A stretch of DNA of 64,000 bases from Dicyema japonicum (GCA_011109175.1 RDEW01000001.1:561182-625181); one strand, 5' to 3'. Positions 25,738 to 39,000 are shown, counted from the stretch's first letter. The notes: generated by a model not told the origin, from the sequence alone. Numbers and translations: made by a program.

Positions 25738-25900
25738 CAGGCCTTCTTGACTAAACGTACGTCTGATCTCACCTAACAGTCGTGGGTTCTAATCCGAAAG
25801 ATGGACTTTTTAGTGAAGGTCAATTCTTGCTAAACAGATCCAACCCGTGAGGCGACGAGTCCTCCTGGCACGACACGGTTGTCGAAAGGAGATTACCATT
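25738..25900 (+). mobile_element. Possible tRNA-derived SINE with a degenerate hammerhead-like segment
   Basis: B-box-like gtcgtgggttctaatcc (25779-25795), followed by gcgacga-gtcc-tcct-ggcac-gacac-ggtt-gtc (25852-25883). Confidence 0.33.
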
Positions 25901-26039
25901 ATGAAAACTCTTCCGCTTAAGAATGAAGTGATGTCAGCGATAGTAGGATGGTAGGAAAATAGAAGAAGCCTGTAGTGATAAATATTCTGATCACAAAAAA
26001 TAATAATCATCTTCACCAGATTCCACGTACATCCCTTTG

Positions 26040-26390
26040 TCATCAAGGCGAACGGAGTCCCCAAGACGGCCTTTTTTCTAAGATTGCTTGGGTCAATGAC
26101 ATCGAAAGTTAGTAATGATGGCTGTTCCAAAGGATTTCTTTGGCAGTTGTAAGGGGAAACAACCATTCCGTCCTATTAGCTGGATTATTTTGATTTTCTT
26201 GTTGCGTAATGAATTGTTTATAATCATATTGAGATACTTTAATAGTCTGATGGCTGTTCCAAAGGATTTCTTTGGCAGTTGTAAGGGGAAACAACCATTC
26301 CGCCCTATTAGCTGGATTATTTTGATTTTCTTGTTGCGTAATGAATTGTTTATAATCATATTGAGATACTTTAATAGTCCTGTTTGTTAA
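26040..26390 (-). mobile_element. NeSL/R4-like RLE non-LTR element 3' fragment with a 132-bp tandem duplication
   Basis: KYLNMI...KIKIIQLIG..G and RKKAVLGT resemble KY.DL...KV.IIPIVIG.LG and QKAVLLGT. Duplication 26115-26246/26247-26378. Confidence 0.4.
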
Positions 26391-26549
26391 AGCTCAGACT
26401 AAATTTATTTACCCTCAGTCCTTTCGAGTAAATAAAGTTGGTCAACAAAAATTAGCAACATAAAGACTCTTAGATATTAGTGAATCTGGTGAAGTGCATA
26501 AATCATTGGGGGATCAAAAGAAAAGATAGTTCATCTGCTAGTCGTATGG

Positions 26550-26960
26550 AAGCTAGGAGTATACGACAAAACTGATCGTCCGATTGTATTCGCATAGTCG
26601 TGTTAACAGTATTGTTACCGCAGTGGAGGCGAGTCAATTGGGCACAAACTTTTCGTTGTAGAAAATTTTCACTCCCATCAGTCGATCATTTTATATCACA
26701 AATTAATGTGCTTAGTTTCAGGAATTGTTCTAAAAGTGTGAACTTGGTCTCAGAAGGTAGGCATGATTTTTTCACTCCCATCAGTCGATCATTTTATATC
26801 ACAAATTAATGTGCTTAGTTTCAGGAATTGTTCTAAAAGTGTGAACTTGGTCTCAGAAGGTAGGCATGATTTTCAATTTATTTCAAAAGGATTAAAAGAA
26901 TGTGGACCGAATAGTCTGACGTTGTACATTTGTCAAGAAATTGCAGACCGAGCTCATTAA
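26550..26960 (+). mobile_element. Gypsy-type RNase H remnant
   Basis: DRPIVFA and RKFSLPSVDH resemble RPIAFAS and RKFTL.TDH. Duplication around 26660-26870. Confidence 0.45.
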
Positions 26961-27571
26961 ATAATCCTTGATTGGGAGAATTTTTGATTCCCGTGTATGT
27001 GATCAGTTTGAGAGGTAATTAGACAACAGAATATTTCAAATTTAATCAAGGTTTGTATTTATAAACAGGAACTCCAGTCACGAACACCATAGTTCATTGT
27101 TGTTCTGATAAATTGTAGATCATTGTTGGCTCTCCTTGTTTTGGCTAATTACATATTCCCCACGGCCTGGAGTATGTTGTGCTCTGAGATTTTTTGCATA
27201 TATATGATGCTTTGCCAGAGGTGAACAAATATCAAATACACCCCACTATTTCAGGGTCCTGATGACAGGAAGGAAAGCGTGGTTTCTGGCTAATAACATA
27301 TTCCCCACGGCCTGGAGTATGTTGTGCTCTGAGATTTTTCGCATATATATGATGCTTTGCCAGAGGTGAACAAATATCAAATACACCCCACTATTTCAGG
27401 GTTCTGATGACAGGAAGGAAAGCATGGTTTAAAAAACACTCATTTTGAACAGTCATCAAAACTCTCAAATAATAATGCACGGATTATCCTAATCTAGATC
27501 ATAGTAAGCTTTAATCGTATTCTGTGGTGCCATTCTGGAAGTGNGTATTCTGTGGTGCCATTCTGGAAGTG

Positions 27572-29328
27572 CGTGCCACCTGTTTGCACCACCTGACACC
27601 ATGTCATCAAACATAAAGCACAGAGTAGCATAGGAAAAAAAGCTTAAAACAAACTAGAGAATCAAACCCTGCACAGTAACCACGAAGGTACCTAAAGTAT
27701 TAATTGATTGCAATTTTTCATTCATCCTATTTATATATTCAAACTGAAGCAATGTTTGCCTGCTAATTCAAAGCTCAAACGTGATATTACTTTGTGCCTT
27801 CCATTAGCTTTCATTTAATTTTCGTGAGCTTCAGTGACATTAACTGGCTTGGCTACCAATGACAAAAATTGTAAATCTGACACGTGGAATGCATTAACAT
27901 TAGTTTTTCAAAATATTAATGCCTACTGTTTTTTATCATTATGCTTTGTGCTTAAATAAAATTTTATGTAATTGACAGGTGGCATTAGTCAGCTCACCTT
28001 TGTCCAACTGACATGCGATGATTATTTTTGTAACTTATTTGCCAGCAAACATTATGTTTTGTAAATTTGTTATCAATATTAATTAGTCCTTTTCGGTTAA
28101 CAATGTCCCCCAACTCACATGTGTTTTTGACTATTTTGGTGACAATATTTGACTGTTTTATTTAATGAGAGAGAATTTAGAATATTTCGAATTCTCTGAA
28201 TTCATAAATTAAATTTGATTNNNNNNNNNNNNNNNNNNNNNNNNNNNNNNNNNNNNNNNNNNNNNNNNNNNNNNNNNNNNNNNNNNNNNNNNNNNNNNNN
28301 NNNNNNNNNNNNNNNNNNNNNNNNNNNNNNNNNNNNNNNNNNNNNNNNNNNNNNNNNNNNNNNNNNNNNNNNNNNNNNNNNNNNNNNNNNNNNNNNNNNN
28401 NNNNNNNNNNNNNNNNNNNNNNNNNNNNNNNNNNNNNNNNNNNNNNNNNNNNNNNNNNNNNNNNNNNNNNNNNNNNNNNNNNNNNNNNNNNNNNNNNNNN
28501 NNNNNNNNNNNNNNNNNNNNNNNNNNNNNNNNNNNNNNNNNNNNNNNNNNNNNNNNNNNNNNNNNNNNNNNNNNNNNNNNNNNNNNNNNNNNNNNNNNNN
28601 NNNNNNNNNNNNNNNNNNNNNNNNNNNNNNNNNNNNNNNNNNNNNNNNNNNNNNNNNNNNNNNNNNNNNNNNNNNNNNNNCGTGCCACCTGTTTGCACCA
28701 CCTGACACCATGTCATCAAACATAAAGCACAGAGTAGCATAGGAAAAAAAGCTTAAAACAAACTAGAGAATCAAACCCTGCACAGTAACCACAAAGGTAC
28801 CTAAAGTATTGGTTGATTGCAATTTTCATTCATCCTATTTATATACTCAAACTGAATCAATGTTTGCCCGCTAATTCAAAGCTCAAACGTGATATTACTT
28901 TGTTCCTTTCATTAGCTTTCATTTAATTTTCGTGAGCTTCAGTGACATTAACTGGCTTGGCTACCAATGACAAAAATTGTAAATCTGACACGTGGAATGC
29001 ATTAACATTAGTTTTTCAAAATATTAATGCCTACTGTTTTTTATCATTATGCTTTGTGCTTAAATAAAATTTTATGTAATTGACAGGTGGCATTAATCAG
29101 CTCACCTTTGTCCAACTGACATGCGATGATTATTTTTGTAACTTATTTGCCAGCAAACATTATGTTTTGTAAATTTGTTATCAATATTAATTAGTCCTTT
29201 TCGGTTAACAATGTCCCCCAACTCACATGTGTTTTTGACTATTTTGGTGACAATATTTGACTGTTTTATTTAATGAGAGAGAATTTAGAATATTTCGAAT
29301 TCTCTGAATTCATAAATTAAATTTGATT
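27572..29328. repeat. ~649-bp near-identical duplication flanking the N-gap 28221-28680
   Basis: 27572-28220 matches 28681-29328 with scattered SNPs. A short duplication also surrounds the n at 27544. Confidence 0.9.
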
Positions 29329-29399
29329 GGTAAATGGTGAACAGGTGACATATGGTATTGGAGATTAGTTTGATTGGGAATAAGGATTCAACACGACTT

Positions 29400-32300
29400 A
29401 CAATGCTTTTATAAAGTTAATAGTTAACAATGTAGTGGTTGAGATGTCCTTAGTTTGATTTTCCTTACTGACTACATGATTGATTGTTTCTCTTCTTTCT
29501 TAATTTCTCTCGTTCCTCAAGATCGGCAGGTACTATGATGACACGGAAAGGATCATTGTCTCTCTCTTCCTTCATTTGAAAAGTTTCCAAAGCTGCAAGG
29601 CTAGAAATTTTCTTCCATTTCCGTTGGTTCTAGCGGACTCGTTCGATATTGGAGAAATCTCCGCATCTGTGAATGCTTTATGTTACTTTAACTGTCTTAT
29701 TGTATAAATCTTGTAATGATTATCTCCTTACAGAACTCATTTAATGATATTTTCAGTAAAAATATATATGCAGTAAATTTTATGCACCTCATTTTAAGGC
29801 TCCGAATCAATTAATTTAAAATTCGTCGCGTGTTTTATATGGATTAAGTTTCTGTAGGTCACTTGAATTCGTCAAAAAATCCGGACCTCATTAATAAATG
29901 TAGCGCAAAAATGGTCTCGAATTAGTTCAGAAGCCTAAAACTCGAGTTATACATCCTTCCTAAAATAAATAGAAATTCATCAGACCCTTCTTTAAACATA
30001 ATCATGGGGATGCTATCAAATCCAGGAGCCTTGTTTTTGCACTCGCGAATAGCAGTTCTGACTTCTGTCAGAGTGATTTCTTCTACCAGACTTCCCAGAT
30101 CGCCCATAGAGTAGTTCATAGAATTAGACATTTCCTCTGAAAATTTTTCATGTATAATAATAACAGGGTCAACACCCTGTATATTTTCCAGTTGTTTTCT
30201 CAATACTGAAGGTACTCTTTCCAAGGGAATTGTCCTTCCCTCTTGATCGGCCAGCACAATGTTTTTTGCCTATAAATTTCCATTTTTTAGCCTTCTGGAC
30301 ATTTTCCAGAAACAAGGGTTCTTCCATTTACTTTCGAAGCTGCATTCTTCAATTTATTTTCGGCGTTTACTTTCCAAGCTTTTTGTAGTATTTTTTGAAT
30401 CACATCAATTCTACATTTCAGAGTTTTCCTTTCACACAGATTAACACATCGTTTGTGCTTCGCCTTCAGAGTATTCATCTCGCGAATAAGATCCCGTATT
30501 GAAGATGGGCAAGACTGTTTGTTCTTCAGAAAGCTCTTCGATTAGACCTTCCTTCCAGATAGTCGTAGATACATCAGCATTGTTGGATATTTCCCAGTTG
30601 AAAACGTCCAACTCATTAGGTGTAGAAAAGGAATTAGTCTTCATTAGTAAGGTCTCCGACAAATAATGGCGATAATGTACCCAGTCTATCGACGAGGTAT
30701 CAAAGTATAAGAAAATATCTTCAGCAATTTTTGGTTCCAGGTTTATAGTTATTTCCTGAGAGATATTATCACTCCCTATTTCTTAAAGTAACCTTGGTCT
30801 GTCTACATGATCGAGGAGCTGTGGAGACACTAGGGCCAATCCAAGCATGTCACCGCCATAGTGTGAGAAATGGTTAGGTTCCTCAGACGTCAAGACTTTA
30901 ACTCCAATTACGCTAACCAGATCTGCTAGAAGTCGCCTGTCCCCGTTGTTTTTAAGACATCCGTAGCTCGTATTCTTAGCATTCAGGTCTCCTATCAAGA
31001 TCGACATAGGGTTTGTTTCGAAAAATTGAACAATTTTCGCAAAAAATCGAGCAAGTCCTTAGAGTTTAGCCATCCTACGCTTATCCATGTTCCTCCACAT
31101 TGAATATCGACGGACACGAATTTCGAATCGTCGACCAGTACAATACAGTCGTTCCGTGTTTGCAATTCTTTACGAAAAAAGATTGAGGTTCCAGTTCCAG
31201 CCACTGCTCCATCTTTCCATGGAATGTCCACCGAGTTATATCCTTCCATATTATACTTCTTTCATTGTTTGATTTTCGTTTCGTTGACTACCAAGACATC
31301 CACCTTGGCAATCCTCACAAGTAGAGCTAGTTCATCATGCCTTTTCACCAGGGAGCGGGCATTCACCAGTACTTTCAAATTCCTTTTCATAGTTTTTGCT
31401 GGTGGCCTGCGCTCTCCAAGCCAGGTCCACCAGACTCCATAAATCCACTTTCAGCAGTGTACATAGGTTGTTCAGACGTGCGATAATTTCATTTAGCTCC
31501 CGAGATACAGACTCTGAGAATCCTGCCTTGCTCTGCTCATGTTTCCGTGTAGCGCTCCGATCCACGGATCCATCCTGAGTATGTGAAATATTGGTTCTCA
31601 TCATCTCTTGTATTTGCTTGACCGCTTCCCGAGATACCGTCTCGGAAACTTATGACTTGCTCTGCATATATTTCCTTGCAGCGCTCCGCTCCACAGGCCT
31701 ATCCAGAGTATGTGAAATATTGGTCCACTTCATCTCTTGTGTTGGCTTGATCGCTTCCTTTTTAGACACTGTCTGTATGGGGTTTCTTGGATACCTCTCT
31801 CATGGCAGGACATCCTCTGTAACGGGCATTATGTCTTGGTCCTCCACAATTAAAACAATTTGTCTCCACGATCTTGTTCGATCCAATGTAGAAGCCACAA
31901 CGTATTAGCGATGTGGCCTCCGCATTACTACTAACTGAGGCCTTCGCCATTGGCATAGGCTGTGATCCTCTTGACATTCGGGTTACCTTCGAGGTTGAGG
32001 GAGCCATCTCCTGAAGGTAATCAAAGAGGTCGTCCTCACTCACCCAGAAAGGGAAGTTCCTGAGGACAATCTCACAAGGTATTGTTAGGAGCGTTCTGAA
32101 ATGGTGGCTGTCAGTTCCAAAATGGCTGGTCTCATTTATGGCCTCCATATATTCNCGCATTACTACTAACCGAGGCCTTCGCCATTGGCATAAGCTGTGA
32201 TCCTCTTGACATTCGGGTTACCTTCGAGGTTGAGGGAGCCATCTCCTGAAGGTAATCAAGGAGGTCGTCCTCACTCACCCAGAAAGAGAAGTTCCTGAGG

Positions 32301-32760
32301 ACAATCTCACACGGTATTGTTAGGAGCGTTCTGAAATGGTGGCTGTCTGTTCCAAAATGACAGGTCTCATTTATGGCCTCCATACAGGCGGCCATGTGGT
32401 TATTGTCCCGGAAGTCCAGTCGGAATGAGACCGGTCCTCTGTGGCTCATCCTCAAAGATCCGTATTGATCATAGTAATGTAGAATATTCGTAATTTTTAT
32501 CGGACTCATAGTACAGTGAACTGTGATCAATAGTGTCTTGTGTTTTTCGGTTCGTCTATAGGTTTGGACTCTACCGTGGGGTTGTGTGTCGTAGAGTCGT
32601 TCTCAAGTTTAGAGGGCTCTGCATTATACAGCGGTTTATTATCCAAAGTGAATGACCCAGCTGTAGCACTTCCTAGAGGACTAGAAGAGCTACTGGCTTT
32701 CATCCTTGTGGCTTTCGAAGTCGTTCTTTTTCCTCTAGAAACAACCATATTTTTACTTCA
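29400..32760 (-). mobile_element. Jockey-like LINE with gag-like ORF1 (zinc knuckle) and ORF2 APE + partial RT, decayed
   Basis: ORF1 knuckle CFNCGGPRHNARYRGCP, ORF1 start near 32748. APE motifs ILIGDLNAKN and PNHFS. RT start KNKAPGFDSIPMIMFK. ~245-bp duplication around the n at 32155. Confidence 0.85.
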
Positions 32761-32826
32761 CGAAAATTTTATGTAAAAATAAAAATTTCAATTTTATTGA
32801 AAAAATCACCACAATATACCCACAGC

Positions 32827-34508
32827 TCAGTGAATCAACAAAGTCACCACTCCCACAGCCAAAGTAATTGAGTCACTCATTAAAATAAATCTTCCCATCT
32901 CTTTACACTTATCATATTCCACCAAAAAAGCAGATGTCAAGCAGCCAAACTCAACAACGGCCGTACAATTCGAAGACAGGTATTTAATAGACTTTCCCTT
33001 ACGATTTTTGATAATGTTAATAATCTTGGAGAGCCAAACACTGCTGGCACTACCATTGCAGTACATCTCGCAATTAAATCCCTCAGTTATTGGAAAATTC
33101 GTTTTCAAAGTCCTAATCTTGCATTGGAAAGAACTGACAGTCTTATATAAATCTCCGCAAAGCACGTGTCCAACGGAAATATGCTCGTCTGTGATTTCAT
33201 TCACGGAGACCTCCTTTACTGAAGGATCGTTCACACAATCAAATTCAACCAGATCCCCAACGTACCCAATGTGGACAGAATGCCCAACCACACTCAGTCC
33301 CTTAACAATAATACCAACGTGTGTTGGGAAAACCACAAGGGACATTCCCTCATAAATCTGCCCAGTCCTCACAACAGCACGGATTACAAAATCACTCTTA
33401 TAAGGGTACTTGTTCACCCCAACAACTACAGAACGGCACGTGTCATCCTTTAATGTCCTTTCAACTTGTATACCGTCTAACAGTCAACATTAAAATAACC
33501 CAAAATATGTAACAAACAGTGTTCCCTATACCACACAGCCTCTTCTGGAAGTGAAGAATCGTCAAACAGATTGTGACCTCTGAAAGCACTGCAGGGTATA
33601 AACTCAAGATTTTTGAAGCCGACATTCATCAGATAGCACATGAGTTTATCCCTGATCTCCTCAAATCTACTCTGTAACCACTTGACAGTGTCCATTTTAT
33701 TAATCACCACAATAATCTGACCAACTCCTAAAATAAAAATCGAATGTACCCATTGAACGGGCGATAGTCACGTGTTCATGTGTCCGACCTCCATCAGTGA
33801 AACAAGTCTCAAATTCGCCTGGGACAGCACTTACTATTAGAATCATCACATCCGCTAAACTCGTGGCTGGAATCAGCAAAGAATATACCTTCAATCATTT
33901 TAGGAATAAAATCCACGTGTCCAGGGGTATCGAAAGCATTGATGGACAGCCTTGTGGTCTCAAAACTAACAATCCCCACGTCCATGGTGATCCCTCGCTC
34001 TCTGCGCATTACTCATGGTATAACCTTTCCTCGTCCATCTCGTCCATGCACCATGCAAAAGCGAACGAAGACCTACCCAGAATGGCAGCCTCCCGTTGAT
34101 TCTTCCGCAGTTCATTGGTCGAGACAATGTACATTTTATGCAACAAATGACCAAGTAAGGTACTCTTCCCAGCGTCCACGTGTCCTACTATGCAAATGTT
34201 TAAGGTTCTTTTCTCCCTCTTGTTGAATTCAGATGTAAGTTCCTGTAAAGTCGGTTTTTTAGTCTTTTTCATTCTAGTTGGTAATTTTAAGGTTATACAC
34301 TGGCTTAGGTTTAGTTTGTTCTGATTTGGTAGGAACGACTGGAATGTTCTTTGTTGAAGTTCCTTTTTGGGAGGATTTAGAGTCTTTAACTTTGTCAATA
34401 TAAGCATTGTAGTAATCTGAAATAATTCTCAATAATACAATCGTCATCTTCATGATCACTGTCATTGTAGTTATGATCACGTGTCACTGCATGTCGATGT
34501 TTTCCCAT
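32827..34508 (-). CDS. HBS1L: HBS1-like translational GTPase, multi-exon (six introns of 22-25 nt, e.g. 34417-34438 and 34002-34024)
   Basis: N-terminus MGKHRHAVTRDHNYNDSDHEDD. G1 GHVDAGKST, FAFAWCMDE..EERERGITMD, DTPGH.DF, GEFE..F..GG.T.EH, NKMD and CSAF. EF-Tu domains II/III end GRFIL...SITLAVGVVT. Confidence 0.92.
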
Positions 34509-34626
34509 AACAAATTAAATTAACAAGTTTTATATAATTGAATTTAACCAATTTTTAAATATTTTGTAGGTAAACCAAACAAATAATTAAATAATTAAAA
34601 GTTTCTGGTTAGGTAAATTCATAATA

Positions 34627-34752
34627 CAGTGAAAATCGCTTATAGTGAAGTCGGATAGAGTGAATTTTATCTCTTAAAGTAAATTTATGTGTTCAAAGAT
34701 AACTAAGTTTTTATTTTCCTGCAAAAACTTTACTATGAGCGATCATCGAATG
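34627..34752. mobile_element. Probable pogo/Tc1-type MITE (~126 bp, TA flanks)
   Basis: ta|cagtgaaaatcgcttatagtgaagt ... actttactatgagcgatcatcgaatg|ta form imperfect inverted ends. The right end is duplicated again downstream. Confidence 0.45.
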
Positions 34753-35044
34753 TAATAAACCTTCCCATGTTGCAATTAGATAAAGTTTTCTGTGTTCAAA
34801 GATAACTAAGTTTTTATTTTCCTGCAAAAACTTTACTATGAGCGATCATCGAATGTAATAAACCTTCCCATGTTGCAATTAGATAAGGTTGGCCACCACA
34901 ACTTTAAGTTCGAATGACTTTTATGCATAACTTTTCCCAATTTCCTCATTTAATGATATTTTTAGTAAAAATATGTATGCAGTAAATTTTATGCACCTTA
35001 TTCTCACTTTTTGAGAAGCCATATCAGTTATCGCTCCCCTCAGG

Positions 35045-35350
35045 CAGAACACACACTTTATTAAAGCAAAGAACAGTTATAATAGCTAATCAAGGGAGGA
35101 TCAAGGAATGCTCTTCACTGCTTTGTTTTCTTTTTCATGGGTGTATGTCCTTGATAGACAAACCAGTTCGTCAGTGAAGTTAACTGATGACGGCGTCACT
35201 CGTCAAGCCAAAGCATATAGATGCGTGGAACTTTCAACCGAAATGTGCAGTATCGGGATTCGAACTAGCGACCTTCAGGCCTCTTGCCCGGCAAAGGTTA
35301 AAGAAGACTGGGGAAAGTGGAGATCACTAGAGCACTACGCCTGGTAGTTG
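35045..35350 (-). mobile_element. SINE-like dispersed repeat with a tRNA B-box-like motif and an AATAAA-containing 3' end
   Basis: Minus strand ggtcgctagttcgaatccc (35255-35273). The 3' part is similar to 58856-59134 (both end aataaagtgtg(t/a)gttctg on minus). Confidence 0.35.
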
Positions 35351-36046
35351 ATATCTAGACATGAGATTCCCTCAACAAACTCTTACATGCCGCCCCGAGT
35401 GGAAGTATACTATTTGCAGATTTGGATTGATGTTAGTAGAGCTGATTCTGTGTAGAAGGCCTTCTAGATGTCCGTCCATAATAATCTGTGACAAACTTGT
35501 TGGATTTCGGTTGCGAGATTGACAAGGTAATCATACCTTCAGCTTTAGTTTCAGAATAGCAGTGATAATTGAGTTCTTCCAAACATTGAGGATGATGTTA
35601 TAGTTATATATATAAGATTGTACGAATAATAAATAAAAAATCCAGAGTATAATCAAATAATTAATATTCCCACCAGGAAAATCACTAATTTACCAAATAT
35701 TGTAAGGTTTTATATTACTACACGCTTTATGGCCANGCAGTGATAATTGAGTTCTTCCAAACATTGAGGATGATGTTATAGTTATATATATAAGATTGTA
35801 CGAATAATAAATAAAAAATCCAGAGTATAATCAAATAATTAATATTCCCACCAGGAAAATCACTAATTTACCAAATATTGTAAGGTTTTATATTACTACA
35901 CGCTTTATGGCCAAATTTAAGGAATTCCTACTTTGAATATTAAAACAAAAATAAAAGCTTATTGGTAGTGTCCATTAATGAGGGTATCAACCTTATCCCC
36001 TCATTTGTGTTAAAAAGGAAATTCAAAATAGTTAGTAAAATAGTAA

Positions 36047-39000
36047 TTAATTAAGTTTCATTCCACGTGCCATGCTTGTTCTATTAGAATCCTTAGCACT
36101 CATCTGAAATCTCTTTTCAATCATATCCTTTTCCATGACGACATAATCTTTCACCTCAAATAAAATGGACAAATAAACATCAATGTTGAACTCACCCTTG
36201 ACCATAGTAACTAATTTCTTAAAGCTCTCAATCATGTGGTAGTGCAGAGGAGTCATTGAAGCAGTCACATACTTTGCATGGACTTCCAGGGAGTTTGCCA
36301 GAATATCCAACTTAAATTTCCCATTAAAACCACCTGTTCTTTGATTGCCCCTACGAAAATGGTAAATTGTTCCTTCTCCTTACGACTAAGTTTGATTTGA
36401 TAATTTTTATCAAAAAATGGCTAAATTAAATTTAAAAATACTTTATAATTTAAATAACCTCCATTAACTCCCGCATCAACAACCCCATTTATTTTCATAC
36501 TCAATTCGCTGATATTTGAATTTTCCTCCTTTTCAGATATTTCGTTCAAAATAAGACTGAAAGAGTCGTTTGCTGAAGATATAGTCTCATAGGCCACAGT
36601 AATCGGATGAATAGACACCTGACTAGTATTATATGATTACTTCTGATTTGGAGATTATTGGTGACCAATCAGAAATGTCCGGGAGGTAGTTTTCGGATTC
36701 GTATTCTGTTCTCACCGTTGAGATACTCTTTAATAATCAATACAATGCACCGTCAGGAAATTATCACTTCCTTTTATAGTCCTCGAGTACTGAAATCGAT
36801 TCAACTCTGAGTTTGAGTAATACCTGTTGATGACTAAATATTACATTTTTACTGGGGGTGAGGCTTCTTTTATCATTTTCTTCGTTTCCGTGCTTAATGC
36901 TGGCTGTAAACTCAAAACATGAATGCCTAAATTATATTTGAAACTACAAAATTCGTTGACATTTTTGTATTTTTCTGGTTTTACCGGGCCATGCAAAATC
37001 TAAACGTAAGAATGAACGACAACAATCGGGTCCGCTATCGAACTGGTTATGCGGTCGATAAACTCTTTTATTTTTTCGTATTTTCTACCCCTGCAAATAA
37101 ACTCCTTGTTCTAAGGGATTAGGGAGATCCAGACTTTAAAGCTCGGAGGAAATTTATTGCCGTAAAATGCGACGTAATAATACTCCGGGTAAATGTCGAT
37201 ATAATCGATGATGGATTTATAGTTTCTTCCTTGTCGCGCCTGAGTGAGTAAGACAAAGTACCATTAATTCTGACATTGATTCCAACTTCATGCTTTCTTC
37301 GTATAGTTGTGCTATTATTTTGACAACCTCCACCGATTTGAACCAATTCTTCATCAAATCAAAAATCTACTTTCCCCTTTTCATAGTTATCCAGTATATT
37401 GTAGTGAATTTTGAGAATCAGATCTTTTTGGTCTTTGAACGAGGTCCACCTGGAGGACATCACACTGGGGTCAACTCGTTCGTTCGAAAACTTAATATAT
37501 CACAACCACAACAGTGAGTAATTCCAAGTACTTCAACTCAATCATTGCCGCATTAATGTACTTCTCGGACTCTATAAACTTGTCGTACAATTTGTCAATG
37601 TATTTGACGTACAAGTCAAATCTTCCCAGTGAATGATAAAAGTCCTGAAATTACCAAGGGACTAACCAATATTCTGAGTAAAATGTAAACCGAGAGGTCC
37701 TCTATATGCCACCCATTTTTAATTTCATTGTACTCTGCAATCAGTGAGGTTATTTGTTTTATTTTGCCTATGAAGCTGTCGATTGGCGCACTCTTGAATT
37801 CTGTTTTGCTTTTCTCGGTTATTCTGAAATTACATAAATTTTTACATTTTTGTAAACAATGAAGCGTAGTCCTGATCGATCACGTTCTTTTCAATATATT
37901 CGTCGAGCGTAGTGATCAGTTCGTGCTCAATCTTGGGTTATCACACAAGCAACCGTGGAAATGCGGAGGGAGACGGCATTGGAGTCATTTGACCAAATCT
38001 TATAGATTGTCAACATCATGTCATAGAATATTGGGATGATTCGGAGACGAGTTTCTTTGATTACATTTATTATACTTTCCACTCTGATAAATGACGCCTT
38101 TAAAAACAGTGGGACGATTTTTGGAATAAAGTAGATCTTTTTATCCCCCAGACTGTACCACATGTTGCATATCCCAATGGCAATATCAACTCTCAAGTCA
38201 CCGTGCCTGTCAATTAGCATACTAAGCACATTGAAATGAGCATGTTCTGCTTACATAAGCTAAACTGTTCAAGTTGGAGACATGGTTGAGAGAGAAGGAT
38301 AGTACAACATTCAAAATATTGTTCAGATAACTAAACATAGATCATATATTACCTCCTTATTCCAGTTGTCCTTCAGTTTTTCGCACAAAACCTCAGCAAT
38401 GCAGCACAATATTGACTGAGAGGCTCTATATTGCTTTTATGGGAGTACCTGCTAAAATGCATGTACATTTGACTCCACGTGAGAGGAAAAAAGTCGGTAG
38501 AGGACAGTTCTTTGAGAACCATTATCAATTCCATTAGAAAATCAGTCAAATCGTAAAAATTGTCATAACTTTCAACCAACATGTTGAAAACAGATCCGGA
38601 AATTCGGAACAAAAATGAGGCCAAAATGGAGACAAATGATTTCTACGTGAAAATACGGAAAATACAAAATTTGTGGAATTCTTTGGGCAGCGGATAATTA
38701 CCTGAATTAAACTACGCAGAATTTCCGTGGAAATGTCCTTCATATGGTTTTTCTAAAAAATCACAAGGAAACCTACCGTTAAAAACTGATAATTATTATT
38801 TAATGACTTGAATATTTCAATGCATGAGCCCAATTCAATGTCCTCATCGAGGTAGTCCCTCATGATGCTCATGAATACTGGCAACAACACATTCAAGGAG
38901 GCTATTTTTAATCATTCAAAAACCTTCGTGGAGAAAAAAACCGGAATCGATTATTCTTAGCATAAACTTTATTTTTTGACTTTGGAACTGTTTGGTCGAT

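Noticed and set aside
27255-27285. ctgatga...gaaa as a hammerhead ribozyme
   Set aside because: ctgatga sits inside a cctg/cagg hairpin, and no stem II/III arrangement is compatible with the core.
28177-28742. Long ORFs of poly-X in the ORF track (also 42110-43396 and 18499-18824)
   Set aside because: These are translations of N-gaps (28221-28680, 42201-42986, 18707-18764), not genes.
35255-35273. tRNA gene
   Set aside because: Only a T-arm/B-box-like motif is present and no cloverleaf can be drawn. Treated as SINE-like.
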